Virus record (IMG/VR): IMGVR_UViG_3300046675_000234
Location: 17,692-81,691 of that record
DNA length: 64,000 bases
Strand: one strand, 5' to 3'
Source: a virus
Shown: piece after piece, positions 46,862-56,164 of the stretch
How positions within the stretch are numbered: the first letter of the stretch is position 1
Layout of the letters: each line of letters starts with the position of its first letter
Notes under the pieces: model-generated
Seen by the model: the letters and a program-made list of their open reading frames with translations, nothing else
Database searches by the model: none
Told to the model about the DNA's origin: nothing
Position numbers and translations under genes: made by a program

Positions 46862-47653
46862 ATGCAGATAACCCGAACCGAGGTCCCCACCGGGACCGAG
46901 GACCGGACCCGGCGCGAGACCATCGTGCCGCTGAACACCGGCACGCGCGAGGTCGAGCCCGAGATGTACCTGGACTGCTCCGAGTCCGAGGGCTGGCCCT
47001 GGAACAGCCTGCCAGCCGTCAACACCTGGTCTGTCCAGATCGAGGCCGTGCGCGGCTTCATCGTGCCGTTCGAGGTGCTGGACTCCCAGGCCGCAGCCGA
47101 GCAGGCCGGGGGTGACGATGACAAGGGCGGCGTCTACTGCTACCCCTTCAGCAACGCCTTCCTGCCGATCGGTGACGGCGACGATGACGGGGACCTGAAC
47201 AGCTCCAATTTCGATGAGAAGATGACCGCGTTCGCCGCCAAGTACTTCGGCGGCGACGGCCTGCCGCGCGGCGGCACCGAGGCCATGACCGCGATCCTGG
47301 CGGGCGATGACCACTTCATGGGCGAGTTCCGCGACGACCCGCGCGACGAGCGGCCGGTGCGCGCCCGCGTGATGTGGACGGACGGCAAGCTCAACGACGC
47401 GCCGAAGTTCCAGCGCTACCTCGGCCAGGCCACCGTCACCGATGAGGGCTACGGCTCCCACGGCGACTGGGACGAGGTGTGGGCGGTCGCCATCCTGGGC
47501 GAGCCCGGCGGCGGCGGCAAGGCTGCCTACCAGCAGTACGTCGATCTGGCCAAGACCCACCCGTGGATACACGCCTACTATTTCGAGGGCGTGACCAACC
47601 CGGCCGAGGTCGCGGAGGACATGGCCGTCGCGGTGGTGCCCACCGCCGCATGA
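46862..47653 (+). CDS. vWA (MIDAS) domain protein
   Basis: LDCSES, GGT, WTDG. Confidence 0.75.
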   Translation: MQITRTEVPTGTEDRTRRETIVPLNTGTREVEPEMYLDCSESEGWPWNSLPAVNTWSVQIEAVRGFIVPFEVLDSQAAAEQAGGDDDKGGVYCYPFSNAFLPIGDGDDDGDLNSSNFDEKMTAFAAKYFGGDGLPRGGTEAMTAILAGDDHFMGEFRDDPRDERPVRARVMWTDGKLNDAPKFQRYLGQATVTDEGYGSHGDWDEVWAVAILGEPGGGGKAAYQQYVDLAKTHPWIHAYYFEGVTNPAEVAEDMAVAVVPTAA

Positions 47654-47657
47654 AGAC

Positions 47658-47947
47658 GTGACCGGCTGTAGCGAGGCTGGCTGAGAATATACCGCTGATG
47701 TGCACCGAGCGCTTGCACCACGGGAGCGCACACGAACACGAGTAGCGGGTGTCACCCGGTCGCCAGCCGGTCACTTAGCTGCCCCGCAGGCTCTCTGAAT
47801 GCGCGCGGGATACCGGCCCCGATGTAATCAGGGGGGTGCTGGTCCCCGACTAGGCACAACCTGCGGGGGCGTCAGCCGGGAACGGAAGACCACGGCTGGC
47901 GCTGCCCGGCCCCTGCGAGATTCACGGGATCAATCGGGGGCCGGGCA
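47658..47947 (+). ncRNA. candidate structured ncRNA, four consecutive stems
   Basis: perfect 9-11 bp closing stems filling a 290-nt intergenic region; strand assumed. Confidence 0.5.
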
Positions 47948-47958
47948 CCGGCATGTCT

Positions 47959-47989
47959 GGAATAGATCCATGGCCTGGGGTGTTTACAC
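47959..47989 (+). promoter_or_regulatory. SigR/SigH-type promoter + operator
   Basis: GGAAT-N18-GTT, GTGTTTACAC. Confidence 0.8.
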
Positions 47990-48051
47990 CATCGTAGGGC
48001 CGCAACAGCAGCCCGGATCAAAATGTCAGACCCGACAGAGACGATGAGGAA

Positions 48052-49074
48052 ATGTCACAGGAAACCAGCGAGTGGCTGAACAGGTACACCCTGATCGGCT
48101 TCACCGACAAGCGCGACAAGGCATGGCACTACCGCGAGAGCGCGCAGGGCGCAGAGCCCAACCACTATCCCGGCGAGATCCCGGTGGCCGACATCAACCG
48201 CCGCCTGTTCGACTGGGAGCCCGCGATCGGCACGTCCGAGTCCACCTGGGCCGACGCCGATGGCAAGACCCGGAAGACCACCTGGCAGGACCGGATCACC
48301 CTGATCCACCCGCACACCGGCTTCCGCCTCGGTGAGTTCACCGATGGCTTCACCCCGCACAGCTACCGCGAGTGGCTGGTCAAGCTCAGCCAGGACGTCA
48401 TGGACTCCGACGTCGGCGCAAGCTCGGCAGGACTGCTGAAGGGCGGCAAGCTCGCCTGGGTGCAGTTCGAGCTGCCCGAGACGCTGGACACGCCGCAGGG
48501 CGTCAAGTACCGGCCGTTCTTCCTGGCCGCCGACTCGCTCGACGGGTCGCTGAGCACCACGCACCAGCGCGGTATCCAGCTCGTTGTCTGTGACAACACC
48601 CTGGCTGCGGGCCTGGCCGAGGGCAACGCCCTGAAGGTCAAGACCCGGCACAGCAAGTACTCCAACGCCAACATCGGTGACGTCCGCGCCAAGCTGGACA
48701 TCATCTACCAGGCGGGCGACGACTTCGCCGCCGAGGTGGACAAGCTCACCTCGACCGCCGTCAGCGACACCCAGTGGGACGAGTTCCTGAAGGCCCACCT
48801 GGGCGAGCGCCCGGAGGACAAGGGCCGTGGGCAGACCAACTACGACAACCGGCGCGATGAGCTGACCAACCTGTGGGACAACGACATGCGGGTAGCCCCG
48901 TGGGCCAACACCGCGTTCGGAGTACTCCAGGCAGTCAACACCCACGCGCACCACATCCAGACCGTGAAGGGCGCAGGCCGCGCCGAGCGGAACATGACCA
49001 AGATGGTGACCGGCGAGTTCGAGAAGCTGGACGCTGCCACCCTCGACCAGCTCAACCTGGTGCTCGCAGCCTGA
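48052..49074 (+). CDS. DUF932-family protein
   Basis: AWH..SAGLLKGG..DSLDG..VVCDNT..RHS..TAFGVLQAV. Confidence 0.85.
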   Translation: MSQETSEWLNRYTLIGFTDKRDKAWHYRESAQGAEPNHYPGEIPVADINRRLFDWEPAIGTSESTWADADGKTRKTTWQDRITLIHPHTGFRLGEFTDGFTPHSYREWLVKLSQDVMDSDVGASSAGLLKGGKLAWVQFELPETLDTPQGVKYRPFFLAADSLDGSLSTTHQRGIQLVVCDNTLAAGLAEGNALKVKTRHSKYSNANIGDVRAKLDIIYQAGDDFAAEVDKLTSTAVSDTQWDEFLKAHLGERPEDKGRGQTNYDNRRDELTNLWDNDMRVAPWANTAFGVLQAVNTHAHHIQTVKGAGRAERNMTKMVTGEFEKLDAATLDQLNLVLAA

Positions 49075-49095
49075 TCTAGTAGGCTGATTACACCA

Positions 49096-49123
49096 GGGGG
49101 CCAGGCGGTACGCCGCCTGGCCC
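49096..49123. terminator. hairpin after DUF932 gene
   Basis: GGGCCAGGCGG-tacg-CCGCCTGGCCC. Confidence 0.65.
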
Positions 49124-49144
49124 TCGGGCCGTTAGGAGGCGGTT

Positions 49145-49450
49145 ATGCAAGAGGCCGGGGTCAAGCCCGAAGCGGCGTGGCGCTCGGCTGTCTCGTTTAC
49201 CAAGCTGGCTGAGCTGCTCAGCGCGCATTACGGGGAGACGATCACCCGCCAGCGGGTGTATGAGTGGTGGAAACGGGAGACGAAGAACGCGGCCGGGCAG
49301 GTGTTCCCGCGCGAGGTGCGCGGGGTACCTGACGCGCCGCTCAACCGGCCGAGCCGCCACTTTGACTACAGCCAGGTGCTGACCTGGACCACGCACGGGG
49401 TGCCAGCCCGCTACGGTAACGGCTGGCGACAGCTAGGTAGCCGGGAATAG
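49145..49450 (+). CDS. HTH/excisionase-like protein
   Basis: FTKLAELL..ITRQRVYEW..FP..FDYSQVLTW. Confidence 0.65.
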   Translation: MQEAGVKPEAAWRSAVSFTKLAELLSAHYGETITRQRVYEWWKRETKNAAGQVFPREVRGVPDAPLNRPSRHFDYSQVLTWTTHGVPARYGNGWRQLGSRE

Positions 49451-49474
49451 ACCCCGGACCTGGAGTGTTTACAC
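49444..49474 (+). promoter_or_regulatory. SigR/SigH-type promoter + operator
   Basis: GGAAT-N18-GTT, GTGTTTACAC. Confidence 0.8.
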
Positions 49475-49738
49475 CAACGTAGGGCCTCGCAAGGAGGCCC
49501 CGAACGGCAGGACAACGATACAGATGACGATAACCGAAGCCAGGGCGCAGTATGACGCCGTGGAAGATCACGCCGCGAGCTGCGAGCGCACGGTGGCCGC
49601 TGGCCGGTGCACCGGGTGCGGGGAAGAGGCAGGGGAGCTGATCCCCTGGACGCCGCGCGAGCGCCTGTGCTGGCGCTGCACCGATCTCCAGCTCGACCTG
49701 CTCGCCCTGGCCATGGGCCAGGCATGGACGGTGACGGC

Positions 49739-50176
49739 ATGAACGTCACCGAGGCAGTGCGGTTCGTTGAGGGCCTGGCCTTCAAGCCGGGCTGGCAGCC
49801 CACCGCCGAGGTCTACACCGCCAGCGGGCTGGTGGAGCTGAGCTTCATCATCCGCACGGTGGACACCAGCTACCCGGACCCTGATGGGGTCTGCCGCAGG
49901 CAGATCACCATCTACGGTCAGCAGCGGCTGGTCAACGTCCGCGACATGGACGAGACGGACCTGCTGGCCGAGGTGCTGAAGTGCGCGGCCGACAACGACA
50001 TGCACGAGAACCGCGAGTTCCTGAAGGTCCGCCAGCCGGACGGGTCCTGGCACGCACCGCTGCACCCCCACACCAACGCGGGCAACCGCGCGTGGGACCA
50101 GCGGAAGGAGCCAGCCCGGAAGCCAGCGGCTACCAGCGCTGCTGGCCTGATGCAGCTCCTGGGCCTGGAGGACTAG
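49739..50176 (+). CDS. hypothetical protein
   Basis: FKPGW..HENREF..PLHPH. Confidence 0.75.
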   Translation: MNVTEAVRFVEGLAFKPGWQPTAEVYTASGLVELSFIIRTVDTSYPDPDGVCRRQITIYGQQRLVNVRDMDETDLLAEVLKCAADNDMHENREFLKVRQPDGSWHAPLHPHTNAGNRAWDQRKEPARKPAATSAAGLMQLLGLED

Positions 50177-50616
50177 ATGAGCCAGCCCGTCCTGTACGGG
50201 CCGGGCAGCGTGGAGGTGCAGGCCATCGGATACGCCGATGGCCAGCCCTCCGCGTACCGGGTCCGCCGCCATGGCTTCCAGGTGCTGTACACCCCGCCTC
50301 ACTACCAAGGACCAGGCGGGCGCAACCCCCGCACCATAGCCGAGCTGTCCGCCCTGGTGGATCTCGGCACCCTGAAGGAGACACCCTATGCTGAGCCCGA
50401 CCAAGCGCCGTGAGCTGAACCGCACGGTCATCAGGGCGATGCGGATGCACGCGGTCTGGAGCGGCAACGAGCTGCGTGACCGCCCCGACGCCCTGCGCGA
50501 GCGCAACGAGGCGCTGCTGACCGCTAAGCGCGCCCTGGTCGAGCTGATGGCCGACCACAACGATGAGGTGCGGGTCGTGCTGAACCTCAAGCCGCCGCCG
50601 CTGAAGGCGGTGGACA

Positions 50617-51051
50617 GTGCCTAAGCTCAAGCCGCGCAAGAGCCCCTGCGCGTCCTGCCCGTACCGGCTCGACGTGCCGTCCGGCGTGTGGGCCGAGTCG
50701 GAGTACGACAAGCTGCCCGCCTACGACGGCGATACGGGCGAGCAGGCGATGGCCGGGGCGCTCGGCGCGTTCCTGTGCCACAACGACCCGGACAAGTCCA
50801 TCTGCGCGGGCTGGGCGGCGCTCAGCAACTACGACACGCTGGCGCTGCGGATGGCTTCACGGCTGGACCCCGACGTTGACGTGCAGGCGTGCGTGGACTA
50901 CACCACCGACGTGCCGCTGTTCGCCAGCGGGGCCGAGGCCGCCGAGCACGGCAAGCGCGAAATCGAGGCTCCTTCGGACAAGGCGGTCTCCACGATCGGC
51001 AAAGTGGTCAAGGTGAGGGCTCGCACGAGCAAGCCAGTTGTCACGGAATAA
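50617..51051 (+). CDS. DUF6283-like Cys-rich protein
   Basis: PCASCPYRLDVPSGVWAESEYDKL..FLCH..CAGW. Confidence 0.75.
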   Translation: MPKLKPRKSPCASCPYRLDVPSGVWAESEYDKLPAYDGDTGEQAMAGALGAFLCHNDPDKSICAGWAALSNYDTLALRMASRLDPDVDVQACVDYTTDVPLFASGAEAAEHGKREIEAPSDKAVSTIGKVVKVRARTSKPVVTE

Positions 51052-51075
51052 CCACCTGATCTGGAGTGTTTACAC
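51045..51075 (+). promoter_or_regulatory. SigR/SigH-type promoter + operator, probably driving leaderless ORF 51080-51250
   Basis: GGAAT-N18-GTT, GTGTTTACAC; ATG 9 nt after GTT. Confidence 0.8.
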
Positions 51076-51252
51076 CAGTATGAACGACACGAAGAAGCCC
51101 AACTCCGCTGAGATCGCCGCTGCGATGGCCAACTGGACGCCGCCGCGCACAATCGACGCCGAAGACCTGACCGAGGCCCTGATCAAGCTGGACCTCTACA
51201 TCCCCGGCCTCTCCTACCAGGAGACCGCCGAGAAGATCATGGAGTCTTGACG

Positions 51253-51810
51253 ATGAACAGCACGCAAACCTTCACCTGGAAGCGCCAGCCCGATGGCCAC
51301 TACGTGGCCCGGCACGGCTTCTGGGTCTACGACGTATGGCGCAACGACCGCGCCGCCAAGGGCCGCCAGTGGAACCTGACCGCGTACCCCGAGGCCAACG
51401 CCGAGGCTGCCCAGGAGCGCAGCGGCTTCGCTAATCTCAAGACGGCCAGGCTCGCGGCCGAGCGCACCCACTGCTTCATCTGCGGGCGGCACTTCCCGTT
51501 CGGCACGCTGAAGCGCCAGCCCGGCCGCAGCCAGCTCAGCTACCCGACCTGGGTGTGCCGCGACGAGAAGCCGTGCCGCGCCGAGCGCGACCGGCTGACC
51601 GGCGAGCGCGAGCGGGCAGACGCTCCCCGCGACTACGCCGACACGCTCGCTGAGATCGTGAAGGCCAAGGCCCGCGTGCGCCAGCTAGAGTCTGACGCGC
51701 TGAAGCTGCACGACAAGGCCCGCGAGCTGGGCACGCCCGAGCACGAGCTGCGCGCCATCGAGCAGCAGCACGGCTTCGGCCTTCCCGCCATCCCGTACAC
51801 CGGGGAATAA
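51253..51810 (+). CDS. hypothetical protein
   Basis: GGAG RBS, codon bias. Confidence 0.7.
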   Translation: MNSTQTFTWKRQPDGHYVARHGFWVYDVWRNDRAAKGRQWNLTAYPEANAEAAQERSGFANLKTARLAAERTHCFICGRHFPFGTLKRQPGRSQLSYPTWVCRDEKPCRAERDRLTGERERADAPRDYADTLAEIVKAKARVRQLESDALKLHDKARELGTPEHELRAIEQQHGFGLPAIPYTGE

Positions 51811-51834
51811 CACCCCGGCCTGCGGTGTTTACAC
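51804..51834 (+). promoter_or_regulatory. SigR/SigH-type promoter + operator
   Basis: GGAAT-N18-GTT, GTGTTTACAC. Confidence 0.8.
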
Positions 51835-51905
51835 CATTGAAAGGGATGCTTGAGTCAAGGGGGCCGGAAGGCCCGGCCCCTCTTCAAGCTCCTGGAGAGA
51901 CAACG

Positions 51906-52310
51906 ATGCAGATCACGATACTGAAGGAAGACCTGATCCATGTCCGCGATGAGGGCACGATCATCGTCTTCACCGGCACCGCCGAGAACGGCGACCGGGT
52001 GAGCTTCGGCGCTGACCACCGTCCCGCCTGGGCGCTGTACGAGGGCGTGCTGGAAGAGGGCGAAGCGCAGGCCGAGGTCGAGAGCTACCAGGTGCTCAGC
52101 ACCGTCCCGCTCCGCAAGGGCCGGATCGCGCGGGGCTCCAGCTCCGTCGAGAGCGTTGCCCGCTACCTGCCCGCCAACTACAAGGTGACGGACTCCGACA
52201 CGGATTACGTCTACTTCGCAGGCCACGACAACGCTGGATGGACGATGGAGGACTACGTGCTCCCGCGCCTGGCCAGCGGCCTGATCTTCGCAGAGGAAGT
52301 GAAGTCATGA
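51906..52310 (+). CDS. hypothetical protein
   Basis: GHDNAGWTMEDYVLPRLASG motif. Confidence 0.75.
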   Translation: MQITILKEDLIHVRDEGTIIVFTGTAENGDRVSFGADHRPAWALYEGVLEEGEAQAEVESYQVLSTVPLRKGRIARGSSSVESVARYLPANYKVTDSDTDYVYFAGHDNAGWTMEDYVLPRLASGLIFAEEVKS

Positions 52311-52549
52311 CCACCGCCGAGCCCCGCCCGCTGCACAAGATCGCGGACGAGATCACCAGGGTATGGCGCAAGCCGTACTTCGGCGCGGTGCCCTACATCG
52401 ACGCGATGCGGCACCTGGCTACCGTCGAGGACAAGTTCTACAACGAGCCCGGCGACGACATCGTGATGTACTTCCTGTCCAACGCCAGGTACTGGCGCGG
52501 GCCGGACGCCACGCGGATCAAGGCCGAGCTGAAGGCGATGCTCCCATGA
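52307..52549 (+). CDS. conserved phage hypothetical protein
   Basis: YFLSNARYWRG..IKAELK. Confidence 0.75.
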   Translation: MTTAEPRPLHKIADEITRVWRKPYFGAVPYIDAMRHLATVEDKFYNEPGDDIVMYFLSNARYWRGPDATRIKAELKAMLP

Positions 52550-52971
52550 GCACCCAGGGCCACCCGCGCCACCAGATCCGCGAGTTCACCGTCAGCTACA
52601 AGCGCAGCACCAACGGGCACACCAGCTCGTGCAAGGTGATGGCGCAGACCGAGGATGACGCGATACTCCGCGCCGGGATGCTCCTGGCCGCCCGCTACCG
52701 CCCCGTCAAGGACGCCGCCGGGTGGGCCTCCCAGTTCATCGTGACCGGCGTGGAAGACCCCGCCCCGCTGACCTGGCAGCCGCCCGGATCAGCAAGCGGC
52801 AAGTCCTACTGCACCAACCCGGAGCACGGCCACGGCGAGCACGATGCGTCGTGTTGCCCGCCAGCCGACCCGTCCGACCCGGAGCTGCGGCTGCTGCGCG
52901 CGATCTTCGGCCTGTGCGGGCTGTGCGACGTCGAGGACGCGCACAGCCACGTCCCGGAGGACCGGCCATGA
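52546..52971 (+). CDS. hypothetical protein
   Basis: ATGA coupling. Confidence 0.65.
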   Translation: MSTQGHPRHQIREFTVSYKRSTNGHTSSCKVMAQTEDDAILRAGMLLAARYRPVKDAAGWASQFIVTGVEDPAPLTWQPPGSASGKSYCTNPEHGHGEHDASCCPPADPSDPELRLLRAIFGLCGLCDVEDAHSHVPEDRP

Positions 52972-53487
52972 GCGCCACTTACCGCTGGTACAGCGTCGGT
53001 ATCCGGCCGGTGACCGGCGACAGCAAGACCGTCGAGATCCTGGGCTGGTCCAGGAGCCAGCCCAACGCCCTGGCGGTGAAGGGCACGATCGCTGTCTACT
53101 TCGCCTCCAGCCGCCGGATGGCCGCCCGCATGGCCAGGGATGATCGCGGGTTCGAGATCGAGTGGAGGAAGTACTGATGGGCAGCCCGATCGACCGCAGC
53201 CTGGCGTTCACCGCGCTACTCGACCAGGGCCAGTTCGCTGGCGTGGAGAGCAAGCGCGGTGAGCAGATGGTGACCGTCTTCCTGCACGACTACTACCGCT
53301 CGGTGGACCGCTACAAGGCCGCTGAGCAGCAGTTCCCCACCATGTACGAGTTCGCCCGGACCTGGGAGATGCACGATGTGCCCTGAGTCCGAGGACGTCC
53401 TGACCGACTGGGACCGGCTGGCAGACGCCGAGCTGACCCACGACAAGCCGCTGGCCGACACCGAGCTGGCGCACATAGGAGCACACG

Positions 53488-53808
53488 ATGCCGGTAACAC
53501 CTGAGTGGACCGAGGACCAGCTACGGGCCTACGTCGATGACAAGTACGACGAGGACCAGGCCCAGCACGATGAGGCATGGGCGCTGATCCAGCGCTGGCT
53601 GGCCCGTGGCGACGGAGCCGCCGTCTACGAGAATCACGACCTGGGCCACCCGCAGCTCGGAGAGCCCCGGATCGTCTCGTGGGGCTCGCCCCAGGCCGTG
53701 TTCGAGAACGTGACCGAGCCAGGCCAGCTCCCCGACCGGCTGCCCGACTGGCCCGGCCAGATCAACTGGCGGTACACCCTGATCGCCACCTGCCGTAGGC
53801 CGTCATGA
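53488..53808 (+). CDS. hypothetical protein
   Basis: AGGAG RBS; AVYENHDLGHP. Confidence 0.7.
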   Translation: MPVTPEWTEDQLRAYVDDKYDEDQAQHDEAWALIQRWLARGDGAAVYENHDLGHPQLGEPRIVSWGSPQAVFENVTEPGQLPDRLPDWPGQINWRYTLIATCRRPS

Positions 53809-53989
53809 CCACCGCCGTGGGCTGGGCGACGTCCGTCGCCCTCACCGCCCTCTACATCGGGATCAACGTCCTGGTCCACCTGGACCAGCCGCGCGAGATC
53901 CTCCAGTTCGTCGGCGGCTACCTGGTGGTCTACGGCAGCGTCGGCCTGGCCATCCTCGCCTGGTACTACCTCTGGAAAGTGCCCCGGCT

Positions 53990-55009
53990 ATGAGCAGCCA
54001 GCACTATGAGCCGGTCACGCGGGCAGACATCGACGCACGGGGCTTCGGCCAGGTCTGCCCGCGTACGCTGAGCGCCACCGACGTGCTGGACATGCACGCC
54101 GACCTCCAGCGGTCCCTGGCCCACCCGGACCCGTGGTTCCGCGAGGGCCTGAAGGACTACGCGGTACGGGACGTGGGCGACACGCCGCAGTGGGCTGCCA
54201 GCCACCTGCACCCGTCCACCTCCATGAAAGACCTGGACCCCTGGCTGGCATCGCTCGGCAGTGACCTGTTCGGCGCGACCACCTACCAGGTGACCGCCGA
54301 GATGGTGGACCTGGCCGAGGCGCTGGCTGCGGCCAACCCGACCATCGGCGCGATCCAGCGCGAAGACCTGCCAGCCCGCTACGGGTTCATGTGGCTGGAC
54401 AAGCCGATCCCGCGCCCGTCGATCGAGGACACCGAGGACATGGAGCCGCTGCTGATGCACGCGGTGAGCTGGGCTCTGGTCCCGGAGATGACCGTACGGA
54501 TCGGCTGGAATCCCGAGTCCAGCTTCGTCGGCTCCATGCCAGCCATCCGGCTGCGCGAGTGGGGCTACAACAACGACCCCGACGTCCGGCCGCGCCCGCT
54601 GCACCTGATGGGCCAGGCCACCATCCCGATCACCGGCCAGGTGTACACCAGCCTGAAGGAGCACTGGCACGTCCACATGCTGTGGATACTCATGGGGATG
54701 GCGATCACCGCCAGCCGCACCGAGCTGCCCGGACGGCAGGGAGCCAAGCGCGCCGCGAACCTGAAGCACAAGCTGGTCCGGGTGATCACGCTGCGCCGCC
54801 CGGAGCGGAGCGCGGCCGACAAGCCCAGCGCCACGCCCCGGCACATCGACTGGACCTGCTCCTGGCTGGTGCGCGGCCACTACCGCAAGGCCCCGCACGA
54901 CGGCACGTTCAGCGACGGCAGGACCGAGACCTGGGTCCGCCCTTACATCAAGGGGCCGGACGGCCTGCCGCTGCGCTCGGCGGACATCCTGTACAAGCTG
55001 GCGCGATGA
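53990..55009 (+). CDS. conserved phage hypothetical protein
   Basis: WLVRGHYR..WVRPYIKGP C-terminal motif. Confidence 0.8.
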   Translation: MSSQHYEPVTRADIDARGFGQVCPRTLSATDVLDMHADLQRSLAHPDPWFREGLKDYAVRDVGDTPQWAASHLHPSTSMKDLDPWLASLGSDLFGATTYQVTAEMVDLAEALAAANPTIGAIQREDLPARYGFMWLDKPIPRPSIEDTEDMEPLLMHAVSWALVPEMTVRIGWNPESSFVGSMPAIRLREWGYNNDPDVRPRPLHLMGQATIPITGQVYTSLKEHWHVHMLWILMGMAITASRTELPGRQGAKRAANLKHKLVRVITLRRPERSAADKPSATPRHIDWTCSWLVRGHYRKAPHDGTFSDGRTETWVRPYIKGPDGLPLRSADILYKLAR

Positions 55010-55134
55010 AGCGCACACGGTACCGGTTCACCGGGCAGCACGCGGGCCGGTACTACTGGCAGAGCGTGCTGCCGGTGTCGCCAGGTGACTCGCGGTACGA
55101 GCAGATCAGTTGCCCGGTGAGCTGGTTCTGGGGC

Positions 55135-55165
55135 GGAATAAAAGCCTGAGCTGGAGTGTTTACAC
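55135..55165 (+). promoter_or_regulatory. SigR/SigH-type promoter + operator
   Basis: GGAAT-N18-GTT, GTGTTTACAC. Confidence 0.8.
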
Positions 55166-55263
55166 CAGTGTAAGACAAAAGCGCGGGACCGGGGTCACGA
55201 CCCCAGCACGGACCTGGGCGCAACGACAGATGCCGGTCCCGCGCCCCAGACGATGAGGAAGCA

Positions 55264-55545
55264 ATGCCACAGATTTCAGATTTCGAGTACGGCTGGGCCA
55301 CCGACCCGGACAGCGGGCGGTACGCCTACAGCTACCACCGGGACCGGGACGTCGCCGCCGTCTATCACGGCGGGCAGTACGTCGAGGTCAGCGTCTCGGG
55401 CACCTGGCATCCCGGCCAGCCGCTTCACGAGATGATCGCCTACGAGGCGCTCAACACCTACAGCGGCGACACCGGGGAGCGCATGCTCCAGCTCGACCCG
55501 GAAGCGCTCACCAGGTACTTCATTGCGTCGGGACAGGCGGGCTGA
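55264..55545 (+). CDS. hypothetical protein
   Basis: GACGATGAGG leader. Confidence 0.7.
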   Translation: MPQISDFEYGWATDPDSGRYAYSYHRDRDVAAVYHGGQYVEVSVSGTWHPGQPLHEMIAYEALNTYSGDTGERMLQLDPEALTRYFIASGQAG

Positions 55546-55859
55546 TGAACAAGATCATCACCTACGGCATAGAGGCCGAGACCGGCACCGTGATCAGCAA
55601 GGTAGGCGGCGAAGTCGCCTACCCGGTGCTGGACTTCGCGGCAATCGGCCAAGGCGGCGACGGCTACGCGCCCGGCGACTTCAACGGGCCGACCCGCTAC
55701 GACCTGGAGAAGATGTCCGTCTACGACATCGACTACCGGACCATCCGGTGGACGAAGGGACGCGGCACCACGCGCGGACTCCCGGCCATCCCGGTCGAGC
55801 TGAAGAACAGGCACCGCGTGTTCTGGGGCTTCAAGCCCCTACCGGAGGCGCAGTCATGA
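55545..55859 (+). CDS. hypothetical protein
   Basis: TGATG coupling. Confidence 0.7.
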   Translation: MNKIITYGIEAETGTVISKVGGEVAYPVLDFAAIGQGGDGYAPGDFNGPTRYDLEKMSVYDIDYRTIRWTKGRGTTRGLPAIPVELKNRHRVFWGFKPLPEAQS

Positions 55860-56080
55860 GATACGAGAACCGCAGGCTGGCCCACGGGCTGGCCTGGTTC
55901 ACCCTGGTCCTGCCGCTGCTGGTCCTGTTCTGGATTCCGGTCCAGGCGGTGCTGCTGATCAGCTCCGTGCTGATCGCCGCCGTCACGCTGTGGGTGACCA
56001 GCTCGACCATGCGGGACGTCCGCGTGATCCGCTACGGGTACTTCTGGTACTTCCACGCGGACCTGCACTAAGACCTGGCG

Positions 56081-56111
56081 GGAATAGGCCCGCCACGAGC
56101 GGTGTTTACAC
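56081..56111 (+). promoter_or_regulatory. SigR/SigH-type promoter + operator
   Basis: GGAAT-N18-GTT, GTGTTTACAC. Confidence 0.8.
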
Positions 56112-56164
56112 CACCGCAGGGCTCGCACCGAGCCCGCAACGATGAGGAAGAAGAAAACAAGACC

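Noticed and set aside
47658-47947. tRNA, tmRNA or ORF 47799-48047
   Set aside because: No T-loop or CCA pattern. The ORF lacks an RBS and codon bias and overlaps a promoter.
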